DNA of 64,000 nt from Eledone cirrhosa. Its lineage: Eukaryota. Below are positions 1 through 13,549 of this stretch, piece after piece. The stretch is from assembly GCA_964016885.1 (NCBI GenBank), contig OZ024753.1, positions 7,812,001-7,876,000 on the forward strand, in the 5' to 3' direction. The position numbers and the translations under genes were made by a program. The notes beneath the pieces are model-generated. The model made no database searches, was not told the origin of the DNA, and saw nothing but the letters and a program-made list of their open reading frames with translations. The first letter of the stretch is position 1; each line of letters begins with the position of its first letter.

Positions 1-1005
<1,005 letters not shown>

Positions 1006-1289
1006 TGATACTGTATACTTACACAATAGTGGAGTTGGTGGGGAGGGGGTTACTTGAAATGGTAAAATGACAAACTGAATTTGTGACAATGTCTAGTTAC
1101 ACACACTTTATATTCTAGTTGCAATTCTAACAGTATTGGACATTTACCTTTCATCTATATAAGGTAAATAATATCATCTCCAGTCATGCAAAGTAAATAT
1201 AAAAAAGGAAACAAAATAAAAAAAAAACATTACCGCTATCATTATATATACACACTTATATAAACATCTATATATACATATATATATAT

Positions 1290-1410
1290 GTGAAGGCGTG
1301 TGGCTGAGTGGTTAGAAAATTGTATTAGCAATCGTAAGGTTGTGAGTTCGATTCCGAGACCAGGCGATGCCTTATGTCCTTGAGCAAGACACTTTATTTC
1401 ATGTTGCTCC
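1290..1410 (+). mobile_element. tRNA-derived SINE head (family S1-related, 3' truncated)
   Basis: Box A-like TGGCTGAGTGG, box B GTTCGATTCC, then CCTTGAGCAAGACACTTTATTTCA as in the S1 copies. Confidence 0.8.
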
Positions 1411-1506
1411 TTCTACTTGGAGTTGCGACCGATAGATAGTATTAGCAATTGGAAAGACCAATGGAAACATTGTTTCCTCGGTCCGATTTGATGAAATTCA
1501 ATCATT

Positions 1507-1728
<222 letters not shown>

Positions 1729-2172
1729 ATCATCATCATCATGATCACCTTTTTACGTCCATTTTCTTCCACGCTAGCATGGGTTACACGGGTTGTCCTG
1801 TTGTGGGCAGTGTTCAGTCGGCTGACCTTGTCTTGCTCATACGGGAACTGATTTTAGATTGATTTCTAAAGTTCGATGCCCTTCCTAACACTAACCTCAT
1901 TTACAGTGAGTGCTGGGTGCTTTTTTTCCATGGCGCCTACACGTCCACTTTACAGTGTGGGCTGGGTGCTTTTTTGCCGTGGCACCTCCACGACCACTTT
2001 GCAGTGGAATGATAGGGAACCCAGTCCTATCATCTCATTTCTACAGCTGAGTAAACTGAAACTGTGAAATAAAGTGTCTTGCTCAAGGAAACAACACATC
2101 ACCTGTTCCGAGAATTGAACTCACAACCTTTTGATTGCAAGGCCAATACTCTAACCACTAAGCCATGTGCCT
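1729..2172 (-). mobile_element. Full-length tRNA-derived SINE S1 with RTE-LINE-derived 3' tail
   Basis: Minus strand reads GGCACATGGCTTAGTGGTTAGAG...GAGTTCAATTC head; 3' half matches LINE 3' UTR 7555-7820; (GAT)n tail; both ends in TA repeats. Confidence 0.9.
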
Positions 2173-2246
2173 TTATATATATATAAATGTTGAGTGCTTT
2201 TAATCTATTGTAAAACTGTATTCATTGAAACCATATTAATTTTTGG

Positions 2247-2283
<37 letters not shown>

Positions 2284-4150
2284 TTCCTACCCCCCCCCCC
2301 TCTATGCACTTCTTTAAGGCTTACTACCCTGTCTTTAACCTAATTCATTCAATCTGAAAATATTGAAGAGATAAGACACTTTGCCATTCTTCTCTGCTAA
2401 AATGTACCACTGAGCTGATTCAAATTTTCCCAGCCAGCCATCCACCTAATCTACGAAGGTATTTTAGCCTACATATTGTCGTTAATATTATGATGTTCCC
2501 TGCTGTATTAGCGTTAAATTTTCCCTGCTGTATTAGCGATAAATTTTCGAGGGTTTCTCTTAATAGCTTTTTCATGTCGTTAATATTATGATGTTCCCTG
2601 CTGTATTAGCGTTAAATTTTCCCTGCTGTATTAGCGATAAATTTTCGAGGGTTTCTCTTAGTAGCTTTTTCATGTCGTTAATATTATGATGTTCCCTGCT
2701 GTATTAGCGTTAAATTTTCCCTGCTGTATTAGCGATAAATTTTCGAGGGTTTCTCTTAGTAGCTTTTTTCATGACGTTATTATTGTTAATTTTACTGATG
2801 TAGTATTAACTTATTAACTTGGATATTTACCATGCGGTATTCTAATCCTATTGTATCTCTCTCAGTTATTTACCATGCGACCCTCAGTTCCTACCCCCCC
2901 CCCCCCCTCTATGCACTTCTTTAAGGCTTACTACCCTGTCTTTAACCTAATTCATTCAATCTGAAAATATTGAAGAGATAAGACACTTTGCCATTCTTCT
3001 CTGCTAAAATGTACCACTGAGCTGATTCAAATTTTCCCAGCCAGCCATCCACCTAATCTACGAAGGTATTTTAGCCTACATATTGTCGTTAATATTATGA
3101 TGTTCCCTGCTGTATTAGCGTTAAATTTTCCCTGCTGTATTAGCGATAAATTTTCGAGGGTTTCTCTTAGTAGCTTTTTCATGTCGTTAATATTATGATG
3201 TTCCCTGCTGTATTAGCGTTAAATTTTCCCTGCTGTATTAGCGATAAATTTTCGAGGGTTTCTCTTAGTAGCTTTTTCATGTCGTTAATATTATGATGTT
3301 CCCTGCTGTATTAGCGTTAAATTTTCCCTGCTGTATTAGCGATAAATTTTCGAGGGTTTCTCTTAGTAGCTTTTTCATGTCGTTAATATTATGATGTTCC
3401 CTGCTGTATTAGCGTTAAATTTTCCCTGCTGTATTAGCGATAAATTTTCGAGGGTTTCTCTTAGTAGCTTTTTTCATGACGTTATTATTGTTAATTTTAC
3501 TGATGTAGTATTAACTTATTAACTTGGATATTTACCATGCGGTATTCTAATCCTATTGTATCTCTCTCAGTTATTTACCATGCGACCCTCAGTTCCTACC
3601 CCCCCCCCCCTCTATGCACTTCTTTAAGGCTTACTACCCTGTCTTTAACCTAATTCATTCAATCTGAAAATATTGAAGAGATAAGACACTTTGCCATTCT
3701 TCTCTGCTAAAATGTACCACTGAGCTGATTCAAATTTTCCCAGCCAGCCATCCACCTAATCTACGAAGGTATTTTAGCCTACATATTGTCGTTAATATTA
3801 TGATGTTCCCTGCTGTATTAGCGTTAAATTTTCCCTGCTGTATTAGCGATAAATTTTCGAGGGTTTCTCTTAGTAGCTTTTTCATGTCGTTAATATTATG
3901 ATGTTCCCTGCTGTATTAGCGTTAAATTTTCCCTGCTGTATTAGCGATAAATTTTCGAGGGTTTCTCTTAGTAGCTTTTTCATGTCGTTAATATTATGAT
4001 GTTCCCTGCTGTATTAGCGTTAAATTTTCCCTGCTGTATTAGCGATAAATTTTCGAGGGTTTCTCTTAGTAGCTTTTTTCATGACGTTATTATTGTTAAT
4101 TTTACTGATGTAGTATTAACTTGGATTTACCATGCGACCCTCAGTTCCTA
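2284..4150 (+). repeat. Three-level nested tandem repeat upstream of the LINE (three ~560-705-bp blocks containing 3/4/3 copies of a 98-bp unit)
   Basis: Blocks start at TTCCTACCCCC (2284, 2888, 3593); the 98-bp unit TGTCGTTAATATTATG... recurs at 2477, 2575, 2673 etc. and itself contains TTCCCTGCTGTATTAGCG twice. Confidence 0.93.
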
Positions 4151-7100
4151 CCTCACAATTTCCCTCCCCCCCCCCACCCCCACACACCACCATAGTCTAT
4201 TCGACCAATCAAACCTAGCATGCCATTTCCACTGCTGCTGCTGCTGCTACTACCTGCCTAACTAACTCTCTCCTCCTCTGGCGCATCCCAACACACCCTG
4301 CCATTACCCCACCACCACTGTCCTTCTAGCCCTCAATTTTCCCACCGTTAGGGATGGATGAGCTGGGAATACACGAGCAACTCTGAATCAATAGATGAAA
4401 TATGAATCTGCGAGCTACCAAGCACCCACGTGAAGCGCCAACCCAGAGACCCTCCCCTACGAGTGTCGACAAATGCCCAAAACTCCGAGTTGGTACCATC
4501 AATGTAGGCTCAATGAAAGGAAGAGCAGGAGAAATCGTAGAAATGCTAGAGCGAAAGGAAGTTGATGTATGCTGTGTGCAAGAGACTAGATGGAGAGGAG
4601 GGTCTGCTAGAGTCCTTGTAGGAAAAAGCCAGTGCTACAAATTTTTCTGGGTGGGAAATGACGATGGGATGGGTGGTGTAGGTATACTATTAGCTGACAA
4701 GTGGGTAGATAAAGTAATCTCAGTGTACAGGGTAAATGCAAGAATCATTAAACTCAGACTAGTCCTGAATAAGACAATTACCACAATAATATCAGCTTAC
4801 GCACCCCAATCGGGGCTGCCAGACGAACTTAAGGATAGGTTTTACGAGTCCCTAATACACACTACTGCTCTAACAGACGACAAGGACTTCCTAATCATTG
4901 CAGGAGATTTTAACGGACACGTAGGTAAACACTGCGACGGCTTCAATAGAGTACATGGAGGCCATGGAGTTGGCACAAGGAATGAGGAAGGATTCAGACT
5001 TCTAGAATTCTGCGACGCCAATGACATGTCGATATGTAACACAAACTTTAAAAAACCCGACAACCACCTGATCACCTATAGATCAGGGGAGCACTCTAGT
5101 CAGTTAGATTTTATCCTCATCAGAGGACGTGACAGATGGACGGTCGTAAACACAAAAGCCTTCCCTAGTGAGGAATGTACATCCCAACATAGCTTAGTTG
5201 TCAGCGACCTCACGGTCAGAACTAGACGAGCCCTGAAACAGAGGCCAACCTGGAGAAGAAAGATCTGGAAGCTGAAAGTCCCCTCAACCAGTAACAGATT
5301 TAAAGATATTTTACTCAACGCCTACGACAGTAAAGAAGAACAGATAGAGACATTTAACGTAGAAGAGAACTGGGAGTTCCTAAAAAATAACTTACTAGAG
5401 GCGACGGATGAGGTTTGTGGCTGGAGTAAGACCTCAAGCAGGAGGAGAGTGACTTGGTGGTGGAACAATAAGGTAGATGAAGCAGTCAAGGCCAAGAGAC
5501 AGGCATGGAAAGAATGGAAGAACGGGGGGAGCAGGGTACATTACATAGAGACCAAGAGGGAAGCTAGGCGACAAGTATACTTAGCTAGGAGGGAAGCAGA
5601 GGATAGAAAATTCAAGCATGTTTTACAACGTGAGGACCAGAAACAGGAGGTATTCAAGATTGCGAGGCAGTGTGTCAGAGATAGTTGTGATGTCATTGGA
5701 GAGAAGTGTATCCGGAATGATAAAGGTGAGCTTGCCCTCACAAGTGCTGAGAAGAAAGATGCATGGAAGAGTCATTATGATAGATTACTAAATGAGGAGA
5801 ATGCATGGGAAGAAGAGACCCTACCCCACGTAGACCCTATAGAGGGACCAGCAGTACAAGTCAGCGGCAGCGTAGTAAGTAAGGCAATCAGAGATATGAA
5901 GATAGGGAAGGCAACCGGTCCATCGGGTATAGCTGCCGAGATGCTGAAGGCATCTGGGTCTGTAGGTCACACTATAACCACACGTATCGTTAACCAGGTA
6001 ATACTAGAGGGGGCCATACCAAAAGATTGGTGCAGTAGCATCATTGTCAACTGCTACAAAGGTAAAGGCGATGCACTAGATAGAGGAAACTATAGAGGTA
6101 TAAAGTTGATGGACCAGGTCATGAAAGTAACAGAAAGAGTTATAGCACAGCTGATTAGGGACCGGGTGAATATAGACGAGATGCAATTTGGGTTTGTTCC
6201 AGGGAAAGGCACCACTGATGCGCTCTTCCTTGTGAGGCAATTACAGGAAAAGTACCTAGCTAAAAGTAAGCCACTCTACTTGGCATTTGTCGACCTTGAG
6301 AAAGCCTTTGACAGAGTTCCACGTGCAGTAATCTGGTGGGCTCTTAGAAAACTAGGAGTAGATGAATGGCTTGTGAAAGCGGTACAAGCCATGTATAGGG
6401 GAGCAGTCAGCAAAGTTAGGATTGGCAATGAGTATAGCGAGGAATTTAGCGTACAGGTTGGGGTCCACCAGGGCTCTGTTCTTAGCCCTCTCCTGTTCAT
6501 CATAGTCCTGCAGGCAATAACGGAGGAGTTTAAGACCGGATGCCCATGGGAACTCCTGTATGCTGATGACCTCGCACTCATAGCTGAATCTATGGTAGAA
6601 CTAGAGAATAAATTCCAAACCTGGAAGCAGGGACTAGAGAGAAAGGGCCTCAAAGTCAACATGACAAAGACTAAGGTCCTTATAAGTAGACGAGAAAACA
6701 GAACCCAGATCCCCTCAGGGAAATGGCCTTGCTCAGTATGTAGGAAAGGTGTAGGTAGGAACTCCATTCTTTGCCCCAAATGCAAACAATGGGTACACAA
6801 GAGATGTAGCGGGATCTCAGGAAGCTTAATTAAGAATGTAGGATTCACATGCAGCAGCTGTGCTGAAACAGCAAGCAAACAGCCACAGGAAACAAGTACC
6901 ACCAATCTCTGGGAGGGCCCTGTAGAAACAGTAGACAGCTTCTGCTACCTAGGTGACCGAATTAGCAACGGAGGTGGGTGCTCAGAAAGTACAATAACTA
7001 GGGTAAGAACGGGATGGAAGAAGTTTAGGGAACTACTACCACTGCTAGCTGCAAAAGGCTTCTCCCTCAGAATGAAAGGCAGACTGTATGATGCGTGTAT

Positions 7101-7820
7101 CCGAACAGCGATGTTGCATGGTAGTGAGACCTGGGCGCTGAAGGTGGAAGACTTACGTAGATTAGAGAGAAACGAAGCCTGCATGCTCCGATGGATGTGT
7201 AACAGTAATATACGTGAACGACAAAGCATAAATGAATTGAGAGAGAGACTGAGCATAAGAGGAATCAAATGCTGCGTGCAGGAGAGGCGGTTACGCTGGT
7301 ATGGACATGTGATGCGTATGAAGGATGACAGCTGCATAAAAAGGTGCAGAGCACTAGAAGTTGATGGAAACCGCGGAGTGGGGAGACCCAAGATGACTTG
7401 GGATGAGGTGATAAAAGCCGACCTTACCCAACTACACCTCTCAAAGTCAATGACACACGACCGTGACTTCTGGCGTCACGCAGTAATACAGGGTACCCGA
7501 CCTCCCATGGGTACATGCTGAAGCATATAAACAATATGCCCCCCCCCCCCACCGCAAGGTGGTCGTGGAGGTGCCACGGCAAAAAAGCACCCAGCCCACA
7601 CTGTAAAGTGGACGTGTAGGCGCCACGAAAAAGCACCCAGCACTCACTGTAAATGAGGTTGGTGTTAGGAAGGGCATCCAGCTGTAGAAATCAAGCCAGA
7701 TCAGTTCCTGTATGAGCAAGGCATGGTCAGCCGACCAGACACTGCCCACAACAGGACAACCCGTCTAACCCATGCTAGCGTGGAAGAACGGACGTAAAAC
7801 GGTGATGATGATGATGATGA
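4150..7820 (+). mobile_element. Apparently full-length RTE LINE (5' UTR, single ORF, 3' UTR, (GAT)n tail)
   Basis: ORF above; 3' UTR ends CGGTGATGATGATGATGATGA; the 5' boundary is uncertain and may include the 2284-4150 repeats. Confidence 0.88.
4402..7521 (+). CDS. RTE-clade non-LTR retrotransposon ORF: APE endonuclease + reverse transcriptase + PHD-like zinc finger
   Basis: Uninterrupted 1039 aa; APE motifs GTINV, VQETRW, SAYAP, GDFNGH, LDFIL, SQHSLV; RT motifs GPSGI, NYRGIKL, QFGF, FVDLEKAFD, GVHQGSVLSPLLF, YADD, FCYLG; RTE-type C-terminus RRLRWYGHVMRM...GRPKMTW. Confidence 0.96.
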   Translation: MNLRATKHPREAPTQRPSPTSVDKCPKLRVGTINVGSMKGRAGEIVEMLERKEVDVCCVQETRWRGGSARVLVGKSQCYKFFWVGNDDGMGGVGILLADKWVDKVISVYRVNARIIKLRLVLNKTITTIISAYAPQSGLPDELKDRFYESLIHTTALTDDKDFLIIAGDFNGHVGKHCDGFNRVHGGHGVGTRNEEGFRLLEFCDANDMSICNTNFKKPDNHLITYRSGEHSSQLDFILIRGRDRWTVVNTKAFPSEECTSQHSLVVSDLTVRTRRALKQRPTWRRKIWKLKVPSTSNRFKDILLNAYDSKEEQIETFNVEENWEFLKNNLLEATDEVCGWSKTSSRRRVTWWWNNKVDEAVKAKRQAWKEWKNGGSRVHYIETKREARRQVYLARREAEDRKFKHVLQREDQKQEVFKIARQCVRDSCDVIGEKCIRNDKGELALTSAEKKDAWKSHYDRLLNEENAWEEETLPHVDPIEGPAVQVSGSVVSKAIRDMKIGKATGPSGIAAEMLKASGSVGHTITTRIVNQVILEGAIPKDWCSSIIVNCYKGKGDALDRGNYRGIKLMDQVMKVTERVIAQLIRDRVNIDEMQFGFVPGKGTTDALFLVRQLQEKYLAKSKPLYLAFVDLEKAFDRVPRAVIWWALRKLGVDEWLVKAVQAMYRGAVSKVRIGNEYSEEFSVQVGVHQGSVLSPLLFIIVLQAITEEFKTGCPWELLYADDLALIAESMVELENKFQTWKQGLERKGLKVNMTKTKVLISRRENRTQIPSGKWPCSVCRKGVGRNSILCPKCKQWVHKRCSGISGSLIKNVGFTCSSCAETASKQPQETSTTNLWEGPVETVDSFCYLGDRISNGGGCSESTITRVRTGWKKFRELLPLLAAKGFSLRMKGRLYDACIRTAMLHGSETWALKVEDLRRLERNEACMLRWMCNSNIRERQSINELRERLSIRGIKCCVQERRLRWYGHVMRMKDDSCIKRCRALEVDGNRGVGRPKMTWDEVIKADLTQLHLSKSMTHDRDFWRHAVIQGTRPPMGTC

Positions 7821-7904
7821 AGTAAAAATTAGCGAGAATCAAATTTCAGCCTATGAAATAACGAAAAAACACTTTCGAATTGTATATATATATATATATA
7901 TATT

Positions 7905-8026
7905 TCTACTGCAAATACCACCAGACAGTCCTATGCTAGCAAGACAATCACTCTTGCCTCAAGTGGGAAAACCCCCGTCCAAACCCATGCAAGCGTGGAA
8001 CACGGACGTTAAACATTGATGATGAT
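7905..8026 (+). mobile_element. 3' stub of RTE-B-type SINE/LINE tail
   Basis: GCAAGACAATCACTCTTGCCTCAAGTGGGAAAA...CCCATGCAAGCGTGGAACACGGACGTTAAAC(GAT)n, same as 17575-17665. Confidence 0.8.
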
Positions 8027-9249
8027 ATATTAAGAAAATTCGTTTTTCAAGAATTTGTTTTGCAGCATTTCTTATCTGAAAACGTGTGTTGAAAGAGATA
8101 TTGTTATACTTTGGGAGGGTCATGTTGCCAATAAAAACACATGCACCTGTTAGTTTTCACTTCAATTTATTATAAATTTCCAGTTGGTTGGTTCAATAAC
8201 TGGAAGGTTGTTTATATATTGTCAAAGCTCTTTCATCACACATTCTCTGACCTCCTCAGTGACTAAAAGAGACACACAAAATTATAACCTAGTCACTGAG
8301 GTCACCACACTGAATGTCCTTCCTATCACTAACCATTTTAGAGCATGTACTGGGTGCATTCATCATGTAGATCCCCAAAACTAGGGAGGCTGGTGTGTTT
8401 TGGACACAACTAAAGGTTCCTCTCAAGGAAACTGTTACTATTGGCCTTTCTATTGCTGATGTTATCTGCTGGTCACTGCTTTTCTGGTGATAGGAGGTGG
8501 GATTTGAACTCAGAAGGCACAGATCCAGAGCAAATACTGCAAAGCATACCACCCAATTCCTTAATTATTCTTCTGCCTATACCAATGTCCCTAAACTAGG
8601 ACTTTGTTTTTCAACCCTGAATGAATGAAAAGCAAAGTTTATCTGAGAGTGCAGCGACCTGGAACAAATACCATTCAAGCTTTTCCCAAAGACATAATAA
8701 ACAAAGGTGAACATAAATAGGTGAAACTTGGAATTGAAATCATATCGTAGAATCTACATTCAAAAGATCATTGTTAAAACTAGTTTATTTCTACTTTGTA
8801 GCTGTTGTCAATCAGAGGTTTAAAGAATAAATGACAACTTTTTTTAGCTGATTGGAGAAAGAAAAATGAGAAAAGTATTTGACAAAACCAAAATGGAGAC
8901 GGTTGAATTAAAAAAAAAATGTCAAGCTACTTAGAATATGTATTTAGAATAGAATATCTTCTTTGGTTTCAAAAAGCAACTATTAGTGGCTTGAATTTTT
9001 ATAACCTTCTAATTTTGTTTTCATTTTGGTGTCTTCTAGTTGTCTTTTTAGTTTTCTTTTTTGCCTTTCTTTCTTTCTTTATTTCTTTCATTCTTTCTTT
9101 CTTTCTTTTTCTCTTTAATTTCTTATTTCCCTGTGTCTGTATGTGTGGGAGGGCTGCCAATTCCATAGAGATTACCATATTGCAAATAAGCAATAATTTC
9201 CCTTGAGGCAACATATCTACTCTTGAATTTCAATATTATTCCTTTTTTG

Positions 9250-9254
9250 TATGT

Positions 9255-9298
<44 letters not shown>

Positions 9299-9964
9299 GT
9301 GTGTGTGTGTGTATTTATTTATATATATATATATGTGTCTGTATGTGTATATATGTGTGTGTGTGTATTTATATATGTGTATGTATATATGTGTATGTAT
9401 GTATGTATATATATATATATGTGTATGAATATGTGTATGTATATATGTGTATGTATGTATGTATATATATATATATGTGTATGAATATATATATGTATAT
9501 ATATATATGTGTGTATGTATATATATATATATGTGTGTATGTATGTATATATATATGTGTGTATGTATGTATATATATATATGTGTGTATGTATGTATAT
9601 ATATATATGTGTGTATGTATGTATATATATATATGTGTATGTATGTATGTATATATATATGTGTGTATGTATGTATATATATATGTGTGTATGTATGTAT
9701 ATATATATATGTGTGTATGTATGTATATATGTGTATGTATGTATATATGTGTGTGTATATATATATATATGTGTATGTATATATATATGTGTGTGTATGT
9801 ATATATATATGTGTGTGTATGTATATATATGTGTGTGTATGTATATATATATGTGTGTGTATGTATATATATATGTGTATGTATGTATATATATATGTGT
9901 ATGTATGTATATATATATGTGTATGTATGTATATATATATGTGTATGTATGTATATATATGTGT

Positions 9965-9998
<34 letters not shown>

Positions 9999-10030
9999 AT
10001 GTATATATATGTGTGTGTATATATATATAT
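9250..10030. repeat. (TA)n/(TG)n/(TATG)n compound microsatellite
   Basis: Direct reading. Confidence 0.96.
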
Positions 10031-10645
10031 TTTTTTTTTTTCTTTTAAATATATTTATTCAATTTTGGTGTGGTTTTTTTTCAATCTTCTGTCTTCATAT
10101 ATTCGTTTTTCTCTTTATTATTATTTTTATTTATTTATTTATTTTTTTTTTTTGGTAATTTTTGTTGCTCTTAGTTTGTTTCTCCTGAGCAAATAAGATC
10201 AATTAAGTTGCTTGTAAAAGACGTGTGTGGTTTGGAAGCATAAAGATATACAATGGGGATACAGAAAGCTTATCTGTTAGAAGCAGGAATTGTTTATTAA
10301 GAAAATATATGCTGATAGCAACAGAGTTCGATATAGAAAGGAAACTGGACTTGCTGAAATAATTCAATATATCCATATTAGGTAAAGATATTTATATTAT
10401 TTAAAATATTTTTTTTAGCAGGTAGGGTTAGTGGTGTGGTGGGGAAAACTTAATCAGCATTAACCATTTAAAATTTTCCCTTTGAAATTTTCACTATGAA
10501 AAAATGCAAATATCTTTGAATCTATAAAGAATTTGAAATATGTCAGCTATTATGTGGATAGGCTGAACAGTGCATTGGCTGACTATGAAGGAGCAATGCT
10601 AGAGCTGTGAAATCTTGCATGCATTAATTTCAACTCTTCTTAATA

Positions 10646-10847
10646 GGCACAAGGCCAGCAATTTTGGGAGAGGGGAAAGTCGATTAAATCAACCCCAGTG
10701 CGTGACTGGTACTTTATATTATCGACCTTGTAAGGATGAAAGGCAAAGTTAACCTTGGTGGGATTTGAACTCGGATCATAAAGGGCCGTAACTCTATGCT
10801 GCAAAGCATGTTGTCCGACACTGTACCGATACTGCCTATCGACCGCC
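10646..10847 (-). mobile_element. tRNA-derived SINE family S2 with 15-bp target-site duplication
   Basis: Matches S2 consensus (GGCGG..TGGCAGTATCGGTA...GAGTTCAAATCCC...GCCTTTCATCCTTAC.GGGTCGATAA); TSD CAACTCTTCTTAATA at 10631-10645 and 10848-10862. Confidence 0.9.
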
Positions 10848-11425
10848 CAACTCTTCTTAATAACTGCAATGTTTCTTTCCAGAGACTATGTAGAAAACTA
10901 AACCTCATTTGGTCATTCCATGAGAGTATCTTGGTCAACCTATGAAAGAGTGATGCTAGAGCTGTGAAATTTTGCATGCCTATATTTCAACTGTTCTTAT
11001 TAATAAGTGTTTCCCTCCATAGACTGTTGATAAATAAACCTCATTTGGTCATTCCATAAGAGTATCTTGGTCAGCTTATGAACATTTCCACGGATGAACT
11101 TCTCAGCTGACCCACTTAGCTCTGTGTTTATAGAGCATGGTTATAGGGTTAGGGTTAAGATGTTTGGTTCCCAACGATGTGGTCTTGGGTTCTATCCCAA
11201 TGTTTAAAACATTGGGCCAACTTATGTCTTTTGATTGGAATTTGGTAAACAAAAGTGTACATTGGGTATATGTGTGGCTGGGTGTGTATATATATATATG
11301 TGTGTGTGCGTGTGTAGGTATATATGTGTGTGTGTATATACATGCTTTTCTGCATATAGTTATGGTCTTTTACCATTTGAGTTTAAATTCAGCCAATGTT
11401 AGGTTTGCCTTTTCTTCCTTATGTA

Positions 11426-11740
11426 GAGGAATACGACTTGTACAGGCTTTCTCCTTATCTCCCTTTGTTGGGGAACTCTTCTTTGCTAGACGTCAAAGTG
11501 GTTTCATCACTTTGCAAATGGCTTACCCATGGACACAGACGTGCTGAGAAATTATTTTGCTTCAGAAATAAAGTCTTGAGAAAAGCAAAGCATGTTCAAG
11601 ACTCATTTATGACAAAAGAAGTTCTCAGCACATCTGTGCCCACGAGTAAGCCATTTGCAAAGTGACGAAGTGTTTTGACGCAAAAAAGAGTTCCACAACA
11701 AAGGGAAATAAGGGGCGAGCCTCTACGAGTCGTATTCCTC
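11426..11740. mobile_element. Fold-back MITE (long imperfect inverted repeat, GAGG...CCTC termini) inserted in a decayed S2 SINE
   Basis: GAGGAATACGACTTGTACAGGC at the left end pairs with GCCTCTACGAGTCGTATTCCTC at the right; arms stay complementary to a centre near 11588; S2 sequence resumes on both sides. Confidence 0.8.
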
Positions 11741-12454
11741 AATTAAATTAAAGTACCATTAATATAATAGTACTGGGTTAATATAATCAACTTTCCCTTA
11801 CCTCAAAATTGTTGGCCTTGTGTCTGAATCAGAAACCATTATTATTAGTTGTAATAAAGGATTTTGGCGTTGCTTAATTCTAGATCTTCAAATCACAATG
11901 GGAAGATTAATTTCCTTTCACTTGATTCAGGAATTTCTTCAGTTGCAATTTGGCTTTACAATATGAAGAAGCCTTATTAGGATGAGATGTCAGCTATTTT
12001 TAACCAACTGCATTTTGAACATAACTTCATTTAATAACTGCTTTAAGTTCAAATGATAGTTGATAAATGTTTATAGACAATGTAAATTTGAAATAGAATT
12101 CAACTATACATCCTATCCATGTTGCAAAGACAATAAAGGTAAATTTAGTGTGAATAGTTACTGACTATCTCAATTGCTTTGGCATATACATACACACCCA
12201 TGCACAATCTCCCAAACGCACAAGCACAAATACATACAAACATACTTAACACTGTGGAAAAGAGTTGAATATTAAATGGATTTGAAAAAGCATTAGATTT
12301 AGTTTTCAGAATACTTACAAGTAATTCACCTTTGTTATTGAGCGCTAAGCACTTTGGAGTTATGGACACCATACAGTTGCATGTAATAGTATATACACCT
12401 TCAATTGTTGGCTGGTTGTTGTTAGCATGCGTGGACACTTCTTTTCCTTTGCCC

Positions 12455-12990
12455 ACTTATTCCTGGCAGGGTTGTGGGGGCCGAGTCATCTAACACATCT
12501 TCCAGTGGGTCCTGTCAGAAACAACCATCTCCAATTGATCTGGCTAGATCTCCAAGCGAGACCAGCCAAGCTCATGGGATGTTGTCCAACCATCTTGCTC
12601 AGGGTCTAACCTCTGGGTCTCCTGCCAGTTTGTTTTGCCCAGTAAGTCTTTCCTGAGACATTCTAACCACATGCCCATAGTACCAGATCTGAGATCTCTC
12701 AATTTGGAGAAGTAACGGCTCTACCTGGAATGCCAATAGTATTGGATCTAAGATCTCTCAATTCGGAGAAGTAGTGGCTCTACCTGGAATGCCAATAGTA
12801 TTGGATCTGAGATCTCTAAATTCGGAGAAGTAGTGGCTCTACCTGGAGTGACTCTCTGATCTCCGAGCTATGCACTCTATCAAGTAATGTTACACCAAAA
12901 GCCTTCAGAGGAACCCCAGTTTGGCCACCTGTATTTGTGATCATATTGTTTTCTTCATTACCCAAGACCCATGGCCATGAGTAAGAGTTA
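12455..12990 (-). mobile_element. Decayed RTE-clade LINE C-terminal fragment (family RTE-B) with an internal ~60-bp triplication
   Basis: Minus strand translates to GVTLLDRVHSSEIRESLQVEPLLLRI...YYGHVVRMSQERL...RWLDNI...GWSRL, a typical RTE C-terminus. Confidence 0.8.
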
Positions 12991-13067
12991 GTGTGATTAC
13001 CAAATTGATATTAATGAGTAAGGCTTTTACACCTACCTCCCTTTATATATAAGAATATATAAATAAT

Positions 13068-13413
13068 GGAGGCACATGGCTTAGTGGTTAGAGCATTGGC
13101 CTTGCAATCGAAAGGTTGTGAGTTAAATTCTCAGACCGGGTGATGTGTTGTTTCCTTGAGCAAGACACTTTATTTCACATTGCTCCAGTTTACTCAGCTG
13201 TAGAAATGAGATGATAGGGACTGGGGTCCCTATCATTCCACTGCAAAGTGGCCGTGGAGGTGCCAACGGCAAAAAAAGCACCCAGCACTCACTGTAAATG
13301 AGGTTGGTGTTAGGAAGGGCATCCAGCTGTAGAAATCAAGCCAGAATCAGTTCCCGTCCCACCCTTGCAAGCAGGGAAAAGTGGACGTAAAATGAAATGA
13401 TGATGATCATGAT
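13068..13413 (+). mobile_element. Full-length SINE S1
   Basis: tRNA-like head, central CCTTGAGCAAGACAC domain, hairpin ATGATAGGGA...TCCCTATCAT, LINE-like tail and (GAT)n. Confidence 0.92.
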
Positions 13414-13549
13414 ATATGCCATGACTTGTTGGTTTGTTGTTAGTGTATGTAGGCAGAGTTTGACCAAATAGTTTGAGTTTGGTTTGTTATCGTTATGTCC
13501 TGGGTTCAATCCCTCTGCATGGCATCTTATTTGAATGACCTTTATCACA

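Noticed and set aside
6276-7391. Antisense ORFs inside the LINE
   Set aside because: Shadows of the sense RT ORF with no recognisable motifs
13068-13145. Genuine tRNA genes at SINE heads
   Set aside because: No complete cloverleaf; each continues into a SINE body and tail
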